DNA of 64,000 nucleotides from Octopus vulgaris (lineage: Eukaryota): NCBI GenBank assembly GCA_951406725.2, contig OX597814.1, forward strand, positions 67,952,001-68,016,000, given 5' to 3'. The notes below the pieces were generated by a model, which was given only the letters and a program-made list of their open reading frames with translations, did not search any database and was not told where the DNA came from. Both the position numbers and the translations under genes were made by a program. The first letter of the stretch is position 1. The number at the start of each line of letters is the position of its first letter. Below are positions 1 to 13,636 of this stretch, in pieces.

Positions 1-2580
1 CGACAAAATTACTTATTAAAATGTAAAAGGTTGCGAGAAGGTTCGAGTTTAACAGTCAAACAATAATTACAAGAGTATTATTTACAATGCGTGTTATGGA
101 TATGTGGTGATATTGGCTCGCTTACATCTTTTTACTGTGACGGCATATTCTCGATATTTTGGGACGAAGATAGACCTCAAATGTTACGTATTTTGTAAAT
201 GCTTTGGGATTTCAACCGAAGCTTGCTGCATTATTCACAAACACACCAAAGGTATTGTAGAGAAGTCACATCAAACAAGTCAATATATTAGGTGACTAAT
301 ATTTAATTAATTTACTGTACCCCTTGAGAAATGAAGAAAAAAAATCGACTCCACTGAAAATTAGGCTCACACGCAACTATACAACACAATTTATTTGTGA
401 AAGTTAACTTCATTCAGTCACATTTATCGATTCCTTACATTGTTATACGATTTAACATTTGAATACAAGCGGGGAAAGTTGAAAGTACATGTTTGAAGCC
501 TATTTTCACATGTATGACAAATATGTTATTAAACGGACGAAATAAAATAACGTAGTGCTGTTCTATTATCGGGCGCCTTTATAGCTATTAGTCAGACTTA
601 ATTATTATTAAATTATTTCAACAGTTGTGTTTCAACCGTAACTCTGAAAACTAGAAGTGTATATTGTTTTGTAGCTTATCTATTTGTATTCTATAGCCTT
701 TTCTACGAACAAAAATGGCGTTTCAGATTTGTGAAAAGGAATATGAATGGTTCACGTTATTTTAAGGGTAGTATTCACCCCTATAGGTTTCTATTGCCTT
801 AACTAGGCCCATATCATAACTTGATCTCAATATTATAAACTAACAAAGCATTTCTTATTTATTTACTACTCCTATTGTCAGCATTTCTAATAACTATTTG
901 ACGATGTGTATTTGATGTGAGGCAGACTGAGATATCAGAGATTTAAATCATTTTGGCTATAGATATTGGGCAGTAAAGATATCTCTACATATTATCGACC
1001 TTGCTAACACTAGTCAGCAACTATTCCTCCAAAATAAGAGAGTTTATTCTGTGATACTCTTCGTCATTATTATATTTTAGCTTAAAAGTATCCAATAAAG
1101 CTGGTAAACTACATTTTATGTATGATATATTTATATATATTATGGTGGAAAGATTAAAGAGAAATTTAGTAGTCACTTTGATCATAAGTTTCATTCTTTG
1201 ATGTAATTCACAGAACGAAAGACGGGCTAAATATTTTAAAATAAGACCTCCACAAAGTAGATACTTTACAAACTGAAGCTTAAGGAAGTTAATTATACAT
1301 TTTTGCCAGTCAACCTACTGATTGAGTGTACAGGCTATATAGGTTAACTGGCTATTTATAATTATTGAATTTTCCAGTTACTGCTTGGTTGTTGGATAGT
1401 GTGACCAATTGCTTCGTATACATCTTGACAGAATTAAACTGGTCGTTTAGCAATTTCACAATTCATTTATTTTCTTGCAGAATTTGATTTGAAGTTTCCC
1501 ATTATTTCAGGATAGCTTAAACGATAATAATGATTTCTTACGGTGAAACTGTTTGGAGGAAAGACAAAGTCAGTTATATCCACCTCAGTATTTGACTGGT
1601 ACGTTATTATTTTATCGATACAGAAAGGTTTAAAAAGATGACCTCTAAAGTGAAATGCTAAAAAGTTGACACTCACATGATCTTCTTAATCGCTTTGGAA
1701 TGTTTCTACACAATTTTCTCTCATCATGTTCAAAATTTATTGAAGAATTTTAGGTCATTAGGCAACTAAACCTTTACATGTGTATTCTTTATGCACATAT
1801 CTTTCTAATTTCTTATTGTGTGTGTATGTGAATCAATATATATATTTGTCTTAATTGCAAGGTTATTACCAGCTTAAATATGTTTGGGGCATATTCTACT
1901 GCGAGAAATTTTCTCCTTGGTAAAACACAGTGAATGACTTTCTTACGGGCTCGAATATACCCCAAGCATACTTGAACTGGTAATAATCTTGTATTATTTC
2001 TCATCACTGCTTAGCTCTGCTACTCTGTAATTTATATCTTAGCCTTTGTTAGTATCTTAGGATATTTGTAGAAAGTTAGTGTTCTGAACTGTATGTGTTT
2101 TAATCTCTTGTTGAAGTCTATTAAATATCTGGTACGACACTCCTTGGAATACAAAGGAATATCGCTAGATTCCCATTTTACTCCTTCCTATAAACACAGA
2201 ACTGTTTATACTTTGTCAGTTTGTCAGTGAAGGCAGTACAACACCGAACACTCGTACAGCTTAATCTTTACCTTCTAGGAAAAGAAAAATCAATATTCCT
2301 TTTACGGTGTGTATCGAGTGTAGTAGAGCCAAAAAGACACAGCTTCTATTGTCAGATGCAACTATTTCGTTTCGCTCTAACTAATAATGCGATTATAGAA
2401 AGTGACAACATTCCATTTCACTTTCCCTTAAACACCGTAGCGTAGTATTACTTTAAAGTGACGTCTAAAGATATACGTTGTAAATATATTATTTTTATTC
2501 TCGGCTGAAGTCATTTCATTAACACTCCAAATTTTCAGTCAAAACTTGAAGGCTACTGTATTTCATTCACTGCCTATAAT
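1..2580 (+). repeat. Paralogous segment A: inverted duplicate of segment B (about 18690-22704)
   Basis: 541-780 matches the reverse complement of about 21365-21605 with about 10 mismatches in 240 nt. Colinear, weaker matches: 1-300 to 21850-22704, 1140-1410 to 20745-21030, 2160-2580 to 18690-19110. Confidence 0.92.
1852..1996. repeat. Imperfect inverted repeat (about 50 bp stem)
   Basis: tgcaaggttattaccagcttaaatatgtttggggcatattc (1856-1896) pairs with gaatataccccaagcatacttgaactggtaataatcttgta (1953-1993). All 7 mismatches are transitions. Confidence 0.85.
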
Positions 2581-3719
2581 TTGAATTCCGGATATTATTA
2601 ATATTATTATTTATATATCAGATGTGAAATAGAATTAGGAGAGGCGTAGATTGGCGAGTCAATAAGTGATCGACTATTGGCAAAATTTTATTCACTGTTT
2701 CATCTTACGTTGTACAAATATTCATTTCCTTTCACTTTTCTCTGAAAAAGCATAAAATTCACGAATTATCATATTTCCTTCAAACAAAAATATAATGTCA
2801 CATACAATATACGGTTAAAATACATTTCTTAAACGAAAGCAGTAACGTAAGGAGTGAATTGTGGCGGACCATATACTAATCCCAGATTCGAGTTTCCCAT
2901 GGAAATGCGTAAAGGAAGTGAAAATATCCTACACTTATAAAAATAAACAACTCAAGGTCACATCATTGATTACAGTTCTTTCTCCCAGGTTACTGGTAAA
3001 TGTTCATTCTGCTCCACCTGAAAGTTCTCTTGAGGAATTTATAATACATAACAACATCAACGCCCAGGTCGAAAACCTCTCATTTCCTCTCCAGCATTGA
3101 AATAGAATATAGATATTTTGCGTTAAATAAAAAGGAACAGTATTTGCAATGCGGCTTAATGCAATGTCAAATTGAAACAGAAAACTTATTTGAATATCGG
3201 GTAAAATGTTATGTGTTATTTAGTTATTTTATTCTTAGATAAGTCCTGTCGAGGGTCAACACTGCCTTTAATTTTTCTGTGATCATCAAAATGAAACCTC
3301 CCAAACCCAGAGTGCTAAGGCATGTGCATATGTGTGTGTGTGTGTGTGTGATTGTGTGTATGTATACATATACAATATGATTGCTCCATCATTAGAGATG
3401 ATTGTCATCACTCTGAGTTTCCTTGCTGTCATTAGCATTTCTACCCTTTCGTCTATGACCTCTCAGATGACTAGTCAGTCCCGCAGCAAATCTGCTTGTC
3501 TTGTAGTATAGGTGACAAACAAAAATGATGACCTCCACTTGATTGATTGTGTATTTAATGCCACCTGAACACGAGTATTCTCTAGGAACTAACGATACTG
3601 TTATTTCAATCCCAGGAAGACACTCCTCCAGCTGGTTATGCTGTTCACTCTGCACTCGATATAAATTGCAAGTCGGGAGAGAACTTCTTACTCTTTTAGC
3701 CCTGAGATCACCAGACTGT

Positions 3720-3798
3720 ACGGTTAAACCTTTTTATGGTCATCCTCCAGCGGACGAGAATGCATCACTGAGGATGACCTTAAAAAGGTCGATACCGT
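3720..3798. repeat. Short palindrome of two inverted hammerhead-like units (probably Penelope-derived)
   Basis: cggttaaacctttttatggtcatcctccag is the inverted copy of ctgaggatgaccttaaaaaggtcgataccg. The right unit reads CTGAGGA-t-gacc..ggtc-GATA, a degenerate core. Confidence 0.6.
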
Positions 3799-3877
3799 GT
3801 TTAAAGCTACCTAAACACTAATTCTCAGTATGAATACTGATTTCATCTCAGATTTTCTTGACTAGTTAGTTTGCTTT

Positions 3878-3878
<1 letters not shown>

Positions 3879-3965
<87 letters not shown>

Positions 3966-3970
3966 ACATA

Positions 3971-4033
<63 letters not shown>

Positions 4034-4038
4034 CATCA

Positions 4039-4123
<85 letters not shown>

Positions 4124-4142
4124 CATTATTATTATTATTATT
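3879..4142. repeat. (TATC)n followed by (TTA)n microsatellite
   Basis: Read directly. Confidence 0.98.
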
Positions 4143-7100
4143 GCCTTTGCACAGCTTCTAACGCTGGAGATGTACTATAGTGTCAGCTGTTCATTACCAG
4201 TGAACTAAGGTAACACCTCTTATTTTTCGAGTAACTTCCGGCGTACCTTCCGAAGTGTTCGAGCAGTTCTGTTTTCTGCAAGTACTCCACCCTTATTGCA
4301 GCCCTTATTTGTTCCATGTACTTCTCAAAATTCTTATTCACTGTTCCCAGGGCCCCGACAATTATTGGTACTACAACCACCTTTTTCATCGACCACAACT
4401 GCTTAACCTCACAGGTTAACCTGTCATATCTATCGACTTTTCTTTCTTCCTTATCGCATACCTTGTTGTCAGCTGGGCATCCTATATCTATGATCCAGCA
4501 TAGTTTGCTTACTTTCTCGATTAAGACTATGTCTGGCTTCCTATTCTCTATCTCATGGTCGCACTGAATCATAAAATCCCATAGGATCTTTCCATCACCA
4601 TTTTCGATGATGCCTTCGGGTTTGTGGTCGTACCAATTTTTTGCTCTGTGAGTCCATACTTGTTGCAAAGCGTCCATGGACAAACCTTGCTATATTGTCG
4701 TGGCGTCTATTATATTCCTTCTGGGCTAGTGGTGTACATTGGCTGGTAATATGCCATACGGTTTCACCATTTTGTCCACTGATTCTGCACTTATCACTTT
4801 CTGATTTGTTGTCTATTCTGTATTTTATGTAGTTTGTTCTTACTGCTTGCTCTTGGGCAGCACAGATTAGAACCTCCGTTTCCAGTTTTAAATCACTTTT
4901 ATTCATCCACAGCCATTTCCCCCTGTCTGTCTTAAATTCAACATCCCTATGAAATTATCCGTGCATTCTTTTCTTTACCCACCTATTTTCAGTTTCATTC
5001 ATTTTCAATTGCTTGTATAGTGCTTTATATTTGCAATCTTTCATCCTACATAAGCCTGACCTTCTTACTTCTAATAATATTGGTTCTGTGGCATTTTTAC
5101 ATACCATGCTATGTTGTTTGCTTCTGCTCTAATGCTGTGTTCGCATCCAATAAGTCCTCTTGCCCCTCTTTTTCTTGGTACATACAGACTGTTTGTGTCA
5201 CTTTTTGGGTGGAGTGTTCCATATCTAGTTAGCAACTTCCTTGTCTTTCTGTTTAAGCTGTTTAGTTCGTGTACTGTCCATGGGATGAACCCTACTCCAT
5301 ATCTAAGGAGTGGAACTTCTCAGGTGTTGATAGCTTCAATCTTATTCCGTCCGTTTAATTTTGACTTAAGGATCAGTCTCAGTCTGCGCAAGTACTCCAC
5401 CTTAAATTTTTCTGTCATTTCTTTCTCCATCAATTTATCCATTTCCAAAATCCCCATGTACTTATAGCCCGTCTCTCCTATCTGCTTCATAACCTCCCCC
5501 GCAGGTATCGATAGTATGTCCATACATTTGATTTTGCCTTCAAAAGCCGCCAACAAAAAGTCAACCATTTGTTATTCATGGATGACCTCAAACTTTATGG
5601 AAAAGATGCATACTTTCAGTGCTGATATCACACTTTCTCAGTCCGAAATCCATTTTGATATCAGCACTGAAAGTATACATCTTTCCCATAAAGTTTGAGG
5701 TCATCCATGAATAACAAATGGTTGACTTTTTGTTGGCGGCTTTTGAATACATAGTCAGCTTTTGCTTTCCTCAGAATCAGTGTTAATGCGAGTATTCCAG
5801 TCAATAATTCCCACATAAGGATATTGGCCTGTAATTGTCTACCGTATCGCCTTTCTCGATGTTTTTCAAGCACAGCACTGTTCCACCCAGTGTCGACCAC
5901 ACTGGTGTTACTTGGTCGGCATTTAACAAGGTGTTGAGTTGTGCAGCTATTCGTGCATGACATTCACCAAAATTGTTGTTCCAGTAGCCTTGAACTCCAT
6001 CTCGTTCCGGAGCCTTCCAGTTGCTAATTTTTTTGCTAATTTCCTTCACTTCCCTAACTGAAATGACCAGTCCTTCCTATTTGTGGAAGGCTACTGTTTG
6101 TTTCAGTTCTTGCAACCATTCAGCATCCTTCTTGTGCTCTTTGTCTTTGCTCCAGATGTCACTTCAAAACCTTTGAATTTCACTGTTATCTGGTATCAAC
6201 TTTTCATCTGTACACTCTCCATTTATTTCTTTATGGAATCTTTTCTGATCTACGCTGAATAACCTTATCTGGTGGTAATCCTTCACTTTTTGGTCGTATC
6301 TTACCATCTTTGCTTTCTTTGCTACGGGGCACTGTTTCAGTTCCTCCATAAATAGTTTCAGGCCCTTTATTTCAATATTATACTCCCTTTTCTGCGCCCT
6401 GCATGTTTGTTCGCTTTTCAGCTCCCCTCTCTCTTTTTTGTCTAACGCAGAGATTTCCTTCGACAGCATGTCTAACGCTGTCTGTATTCTTCTTTTCCAC
6501 CATGGATCTTTTCTTTTGTCACCCCCATTATATTTCTTTTTCTTGACATCAACACCCACGTTTTCTGCTACAACAATACTTGCTGCCTTGATCAAATTAT
6601 TTGTTTCTGTGATGTTTGTTCTGATGTATTTCAGAATTTCATTGACATTTTTCGTTTCTTGGCTCAATTTCCACCGATCAACCTTTTTAAGGTTGCAAAT
6701 AATGTCGCTATCGTTCTCCTCTAGTCTTGCCTTTATTCTGTCGTAGATTGCCTTTTGTTCATCTGTCATGTCGCCATTAATTTTATTGTCTTCTTTTAGA
6801 TCATCTATATGTCTCTCATCAAGTAACCTACCACTGCTCCTTTCCTATGCTATGAGATTACTTCTATTAGTAAGAACTGCATTTTCATCGTTATCTCTGC
6901 AGCTATTTTCCAAGACCCGTCTTTTGATAGCTTCGAGCTATACTTATGTGAACCAACGATTTTTTCTTATTGCTCTAGCTTGATCACATAGTCTCTGTGC
7001 TGTGCCTTTTCTCTCCAATGATCATAACCCTAATTTGAGTACTATTTTCATCTACTGGGTTGCTTAGGTTGTAACACTTCATGACCACAGCATTAATTTT

Positions 7101-7370
7101 CTTGCTTCATCTACGCCGTGTGTGGTGCTCCCTTTTTGGATATCGACAGGCTGGAACCGGACCAGAATCTCTGAGCCTGCCGGGTGCAACACTGTCACCA
7201 TCAATGGCTTTAGTTTCATTACCGCCGTTATTCACAATATTTTGTTGTTTTATTGTCACTCATATGAGATATTGATTATCAGGTTGTGCAATTACCAGTG
7301 CTTTTATCGTGACACCATCACTAGATGTATCATAAATCAGGACATGGAAAGACTCCACCCGCTTCCTTTC
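4143..7370 (-). mobile_element. Degenerate, near full-length Dong/R4-clade non-LTR retrotransposon (RT plus restriction-like endonuclease)
   Basis: Fragmented minus-strand ORFs carry KDPWWKRRI, NWKAP..DGVQGYW, NYRPISL, HLLFMDDLKLYGK, KSKLNGRNKI.AINT, AAQEQAVRTN, CR..G...ETVWHITSQC and RKPDIV..IDIG. The 3' end abuts (TAA)n. Confidence 0.9.
5539..5747. repeat. Near-perfect fold-back inversion inside the Dong/R4 RT region
   Basis: 92-bp arms at 5539-5630 and 5656-5747, 2 mismatches, 25-nt spacer. Confidence 0.95.
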
Positions 7371-7959
7371 ATCATTATTATTTTTATCATATCTGATACC
7401 TTTGATAATGTTGTTTTTATTTTTTACTATTTGTCATTGCTATATTAACAGACACAGAGGTTACACAGGAGTGGGGGCAGTGGTAGTAGACGTAGTTGGG
7501 CATGAGATTCCTGTGCTATCAGAATAGTAGTAGTTGTAGTATTAGAAGCTGCAGCATATTATCATTATTTTGATCTTTATCATTATCACCATCACCACCA
7601 CTACTATTGTTATTACCATTATTACTATTTCCATTTATTATTAAAATATTTTATTAAATTTTCTTTATTTTCAAATTTTGTTCTGTACTTGAGATAATCA
7701 TATAAAGATGTGGTTGTTGGGGGAAACAGTTACGGAAAGACTGGCAGGTTCACGAACAGATCAAATTCTATAGGTCTATAAATAGATTCAGCAGATGCTG
7801 AGGAGGTCAGCCATAGAGACAAAAGAATCTTCGCACCCTTTGGGTCAGCAGATGTCAAATGTGTTTACTACTACCAGCGACCACTGAGAGCGCTGTCCTT
7901 GGCTTTGAAGCAATTCAAGCTGTTCTATTTGTAATTACTGTTAGAAAAAAGCAATGATA

Positions 7960-7991
<32 letters not shown>

Positions 7992-8002
7992 CATATATAT
8001 AT

Positions 8003-9984
8003 GATTGATTGATTGATTGATTGATTCTAGTTTCAGCTTATGAGCTGTGGCCATGCTGGGGCACCGCCATTTGGTGTTGCTACTTGGTTTCACTTCATGG
8101 AGGCTTTCTAGCAACTGCTATTTGGTGCATGAGAGAGTTCGATGCAGCTGCCCTCATCTGCCCCTCCTGCCGTAAAGTTGGTTCATCTGGGACACCTGAC
8201 AGGAAGAGATCCAGCTTCATTTTAAAGACATCTGTATCCACCCCATGCAGGTCTCTCAGGTTCTTCGGGAGGATATTGAAGAGCTGTGGGCCTCGGAAGC
8301 CCAGGCTATCACAGAATCTTGTCCTACATCTTGATGGCAGGTTTGGAGTCCTAGGCACCACGCAGTGGCGCCCAGTTCTGGCATTTGCGTAACTCTCGAT
8401 GCCAAAGTTCAGGACACTTCCCTCCAGGATCTTCCAGATGTATATTATGGCATATCTTTCCCGCCTACGCTCCAGGGAATATAATTTTAATCTCTTGAGT
8501 CTTTCCCAGTAGCTTACATTCTGCATAGAGGCTATCTTCTTCGTGTAGCTTCGTTGGATCGCCTCAAGTTCTGTGATCAACTTGACACTGGATGGTGACC
8601 ATAGCTGAGAGCAATAGTCAAAGTGGCTTAGGACAAGTGTCTTCCAGAGGACCATCATGGTTTCTTGTTCTCTTGTTCTAAAGGTTCTAAGGATCCATCC
8701 AGCCAGCCGTCTACATTTCATTGTCAGTTTAGCAACATGTACATGAAAGGTCGCGTCATCACTCATGTGAATACCCAGGTCACGCACTGATTGTGCCTCT
8801 GGGATTGCAATCCCTCCGGGTCCAGTGTATTCATTGGGTATTGCATTCAGTTTTGCATGCTGATAGTATAAAGCTTGAAACTTTCCAGCATTGAACTGCA
8901 TGCTATTCTTTTCAGCCCACTTGTATATTTCGTCCAGCTCACATTGCAGGTGTTTAGTGTCCTCAGGGTTCTGTATTGCCTGTGAAACTTTTGTATCATC
9001 TGCATAACTTGTGATCGTGGCTCTCTGCGTGGCTGAGGGCATGTCTGAGAGGGCCATTATGAACAGTAGTGGTCCCAGAACAGTGCCCTGCGGAACACCG
9101 CTCACTATTTGTGTGTTAATGGAGGTGGCCCCATTGGCTACTACCACCTGACTTCTATCCTTCAGAAAGTCATGAAGCCATTCTCCCAGTTTTCCAACTA
9201 TGTTGAGATCACGCAGTTTGTGACATATCATTCCATGATCGACTTTATCAAAGGCCTTTGCAAAGTCGAGATATATCACTTCCACATTTGAGTTGTTGAG
9301 CAGCCGTTTCAGCACCCAGTCATAGTGTTGTAGGAGCTGAGTTAAACAGCTTCTCCCTGGTCGGAAACCATGTTGGGTGTCGGGCAGCAAGTCATTCTCT
9401 TCAAGGAAGGTGATCAGCTTCCTTCTGACTATTCGTTCCATGACCTTGCTGATGTGTGAGGTCAGGGAGATAGGTCTATAGTTCTTGGCTTCCGCTCTGC
9501 TACCTCCTTTATGAATGGGGCATATTTTACCTTCCTTCAGTTTTCCTGGAAGTTTGCCAGCTGCAAGGAAGCTCTGAAAGAGGAACTGCAGTGGTCTTGC
9601 TAGGACTCTCTTACATGCTTTTAGGAGGATTGCCGGGAATCCATCGGGGCCAGTAGCTGAGTCTGTTTTCATTTCATCTATAGCCTTGGTTACATCGTCT
9701 TCCTTTATATCGATGTAATCTATCGTCGCCGCCTCTGATTTTATATCTGCAGTGGTAAAAAAGTCAGTTGGATTGGTGATTTGGAGATGCCCAAGGGGTG
9801 GAGTGAAAACACTCTTGAAATGCTCATTCAGTATTTCACTTACCCTCATTGGTTTTCCTGTAAGTGTGCCATCCTTTTCGAGGAGTGGCCCTATTCTACA
9901 GTGCACTGTAGCTGTTTCTTTGGCATACCTGTAGAAAGCTCTGGGGTTAGATTTTATGTTTTCTATAGCCCAGGCTATATACAT
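8003..9984 (-). mobile_element. 5'-truncated CR1-group LINE with an uninterrupted RT ORF (8095-9984) and (ATCA)n tail
   Basis: The 629-aa ORF has ATGPDG, NYRPISLTS, QHGFRPGRSC, YLDFAKAFDKV, GVPQGTVLGPLLF, YADDTK and LYSLERRR. A short 3'UTR ends in (aatc)n at about 8003-8025. No endonuclease domain is present. Confidence 0.93.
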
Positions 9985-10812
9985 ACACTGATACGTCGTT
10001 GAATTTTTGAATTTCTGAATTCAGTTGTGTTGTTGCAATAAAAGGTATGTTTATATATTTGGGTAGTCAGGGAGAAGTTTCATACAAAATTTAATATATT
10101 AAAGTTTTTAAGTTTTCTTGAAATGTTCGTTTGTCTGTCCAGTTGGGAAATACAGTAGTATTTTTGCAATGGAAAGGACGTTTACATTTTCGAATACTCA
10201 GTGAGAAAGGAAAGGAAAGGAAAGAAAAGGAAAGGAAAATTTTTAACAGAAAATTGCAGATATTAAGGTTTTAAAATTTACTGGAGATGATCTTTTGTCT
10301 GAGAAAACAGAGAAAACTGTAGTGTTCTTGGAATAAAGAGGATATTTTCTCATTGAGAAAAGAAAGGATAAGTATTCACAGAAATTGTAGATATTAAAGT
10401 TTTCTTTTTTTTAAAGCTGAGCGTCTGTATGTTCAAAGCTGTAGATATGTAAGTTTCCTAACTTATTTTGAGGGAGATTTAAAATATTCACAGGAAATTG
10501 TAGATATTCCAGTCTTTGTGAATAGTAGGAGGAAGAGATGTGCTTGTTGAATTTTTGATTTCTGAATTTCTTTTTCTTTTGGAATTTTTCTTTTCTTTTT
10601 AAAAGTTTTGCTGTGATTTACAGCTTTTTGTAGTTATGCAGTATGTATATGTTAGCAGATGTTTACCTCCTTAATTTTTTTTTCGTGCATTTAATTGTGT
10701 TGTTACAATAAAAACATGTTTACATATTCGGCTAGTCAAGGAAAAAGGAAAGATAAAATATTCACACAAAACTGGAGATATGTATGTGTATATGTATGTG
10801 TATATGTATGTG

Positions 10813-10895
<83 letters not shown>

Positions 10896-10898
<3 letters not shown>

Positions 10899-11070
10899 GT
10901 AATACGTGACAATTATTCGGTAGCCATGGTAAAACTTCGAGTTTCGGATGTCGGGTTTGAAATCCACGCAGTTATCATGGCTACCGAATGATTGTCCCAT
11001 ATTACATTTACAGATAAATTCCTCTATTTACATAATATCGAGGTCTCTTTCATTCTTTTACTGTCTCACC

Positions 11071-11076
<6 letters not shown>
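10896..11076 (-). mobile_element. Palindromic repeat with hammerhead-like centre, inserted in (TA)n; related partial inverted copy at about 44932-45035
   Basis: Arms at 10896-10932 and 10972-11008. The minus-strand centre reads CTGCGT-ggat..atcc-GAAA-ct cga ag-TT. 10975-11075 matches the reverse complement of 44932-45035. Confidence 0.65.
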
Positions 11077-11105
<29 letters not shown>

Positions 11106-11226
11106 CAAAATAAGCAACAATGATATCCAGAAATCACCCCATTTTGACTTAAATGGATAATACCATACTAAATTCTGGTGCCTTTAACTTAAGTACCATA
11201 TTCTTCTAAATCTAAATTTTACTGAA

Positions 11227-11275
<49 letters not shown>

Positions 11276-11962
11276 ATGTATGTATGTATGTATGTATATA
11301 TGAATGTATGTATGTATGTATATATGTATGTATGCACATGCATACAATATTTTTAAATTTGCAGCTTTGTAACATTATTAGAAATCAATATTTAAGTGCT
11401 TAGAACTTTAAATATTGACATTTAACAGAATGGAAACCTTATTGAATCAGCATTTTTGGAATATTTTCATAATTTTAGCAATATTAAATTTACTTAATAC
11501 CAAAGGTAAGCGAATTAATATTCCTCTCTGAAACGAGTTTTCCCTTTTTTTAACATTACGTTTCGTGTTTGGTTCCACAGGTAACTGCTTGCGCAAGATT
11601 CATGGAAATAAAGATTTACCGAAGAAATTAGAAACATGAAAGGAAACAGTTTTCCTTACTTTCATGGTAAGGATACAGAATCAATACTTTCTTACTACGA
11701 TATGTACTTTTCCATATAGCATTTATTTTTACATTTTTCTCTCTCTCTCTTCTTGGGGAAGCATGATTAGGACTGGACTGGCTAAGCAATGCTGGTACCT
11801 CAGATCGAACTTCTTAAAAGGTGCGTAACATCAATGCTAGTCAGACAGTAAGAAAATTTGTTGATTGTTGATGAGGACAGCGACACATGTTCATACGATA
11901 GTGATGATAGCGACCGTAGCAGTAATGCAGGTGATAATGGTAAATGGAAAAAGATACAGAAT

Positions 11963-12042
<80 letters not shown>

Positions 12043-12560
12043 AGGTGGATTGAGGAAGACAGAAAGTAAGACACAATTTTAAAAAAGGAGAGGCTGTCTG
12101 ATGTCACTGTCTCTTTAATAATCTCATTTTTTTCATAACCTCTATCTCTCTCTTCCCGCCCTACAGCCAATGTTATTTTCTTCACCACAGTCATTATCAT
12201 AAGGTATCATTATGTGTGTATATGCATGCGTATATGTGTAGACTTGTGTGTATTTTTGAAGACCGTTCACGTACATGTGTTTTTATATTTTAGCTCGTAA
12301 GACTTAAAAAGGAAAAGTATTAAAGATGGAATGTCAGATAGTAACACCTTCACTATTAAAAAATATACCATAAATATTATCACTCATATCATATTTGAAT
12401 TATTACCAAACTATAGTTTACTTATTTACTAAATCAAATCAGTATTTTAGGTAAATAGGAAGAAATTCATCAAAGCATTATGAAGCAAATTATTAAAACC
12501 GACGAGATAGTTATTTACAACTGAAGCAGTACCACAAAAATGCGTACTGCAAATAATAAT

Positions 12561-12697
12561 CATTTCTACTATATGCACAAAGCCTAAAATTTGGGGGAGG
12601 TGAAAAGTCGATTTCATCGATCCTGCTGTTTCATTGGTACTTATTTAATCGACCTAAACCAGATGAAAGGCAAAGTCGACCTCGATAGAATTTGAAC

Positions 12698-12698
<1 letters not shown>
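12561..12698 (-). mobile_element. SINE fragment (Nin-domain-like core)
   Basis: gatgaaaggcaaagtcgacctcg..atttgaact core, shared with 17524-17730, 19930-20080 and 62575-62780. Confidence 0.7.
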
Positions 12699-12757
<59 letters not shown>

Positions 12758-12856
12758 TAATAATAATAATAATAATTATCAGAAGAAGAAGAAGAAGAAG
12801 AAGAAGAAGAAGAAGAAGAAGAAGAAGAAGAAGAAGAAGAAGAAGAAGAAGAAGAA

Positions 12857-13505
12857 GAGGAATATGTGGAGATGGACAAGAAACAGTAAATCATATTATC
12901 TCTGGCTGCCAAGTCCTCGCTAACAAGGAATATATTCACAGACACGACAGAGTTAGGACCTACATACACTGGAAGCGATGCCAACATTATGGAATAACAG
13001 AAAAAAGATGATATAGGCACACACCAGAAAAGGTCACAGAAAACGAGAAAGCAACCATACTCTGGTTTATGCCAATACACACATATAGAGAAATTAAGGC
13101 CAACAGGCCAGATAGAGTTGTCAGAGATCGTGAAGGAAAAATTGCTTTCTAATTGATGTATCAATAACAGCAGATGACAACGTTTCTCTAAAAGAAATGA
13201 AGAAACTTTCAAAACACAAAGACCTGGAAGTAGAGCTAACTAGAATGTGGAATCTAAAAACAGAAACAATTCCTATCATAGTAGGTGCATTAGGTATGAT
13301 AAAAAAATATTCAGACAAATACATAACAAAAACACCAGAACTTACAAACACATATATCATACAGAAAATTGCACTACTGGGCACTGCACGCATCCTACAC
13401 AAAACACTTTCAATACAGTAACTATCAGAGCATCACAACAAATCACAGCACATACCAAAGGCACACAGAGCTGCACTCGTAGTGAAGTGAAAGCACGCTA
13501 TAAAA
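12857..13505 (+). mobile_element. Dong/R4 3' fragment 1 (zinc knuckle, endonuclease, 3'UTR)
   Basis: ICGDGQETVNHIISGC, RHDRV, KDLEVELTRMWNLKT..IPIIVGALG and QKIALLGTARIL. Flanked by (TAA)n/(GAA)n and (TAG)n/(TAA)n. Confidence 0.88.
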
Positions 13506-13556
13506 ATAGTAGTAGTAGTAGTAGTAGTAATAGTAGTAGTAGTAGTAGTAGTAGTA

Positions 13557-13634
<78 letters not shown>

Positions 13635-13636
<2 letters not shown>

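Noticed and set aside
2134-2313. Weak fold-back (acactc/gagtgt, aaaggaatat/atattccttt)
   Set aside because: The patches are short, gapped and AT-rich, and not distinguishable from chance by eye.
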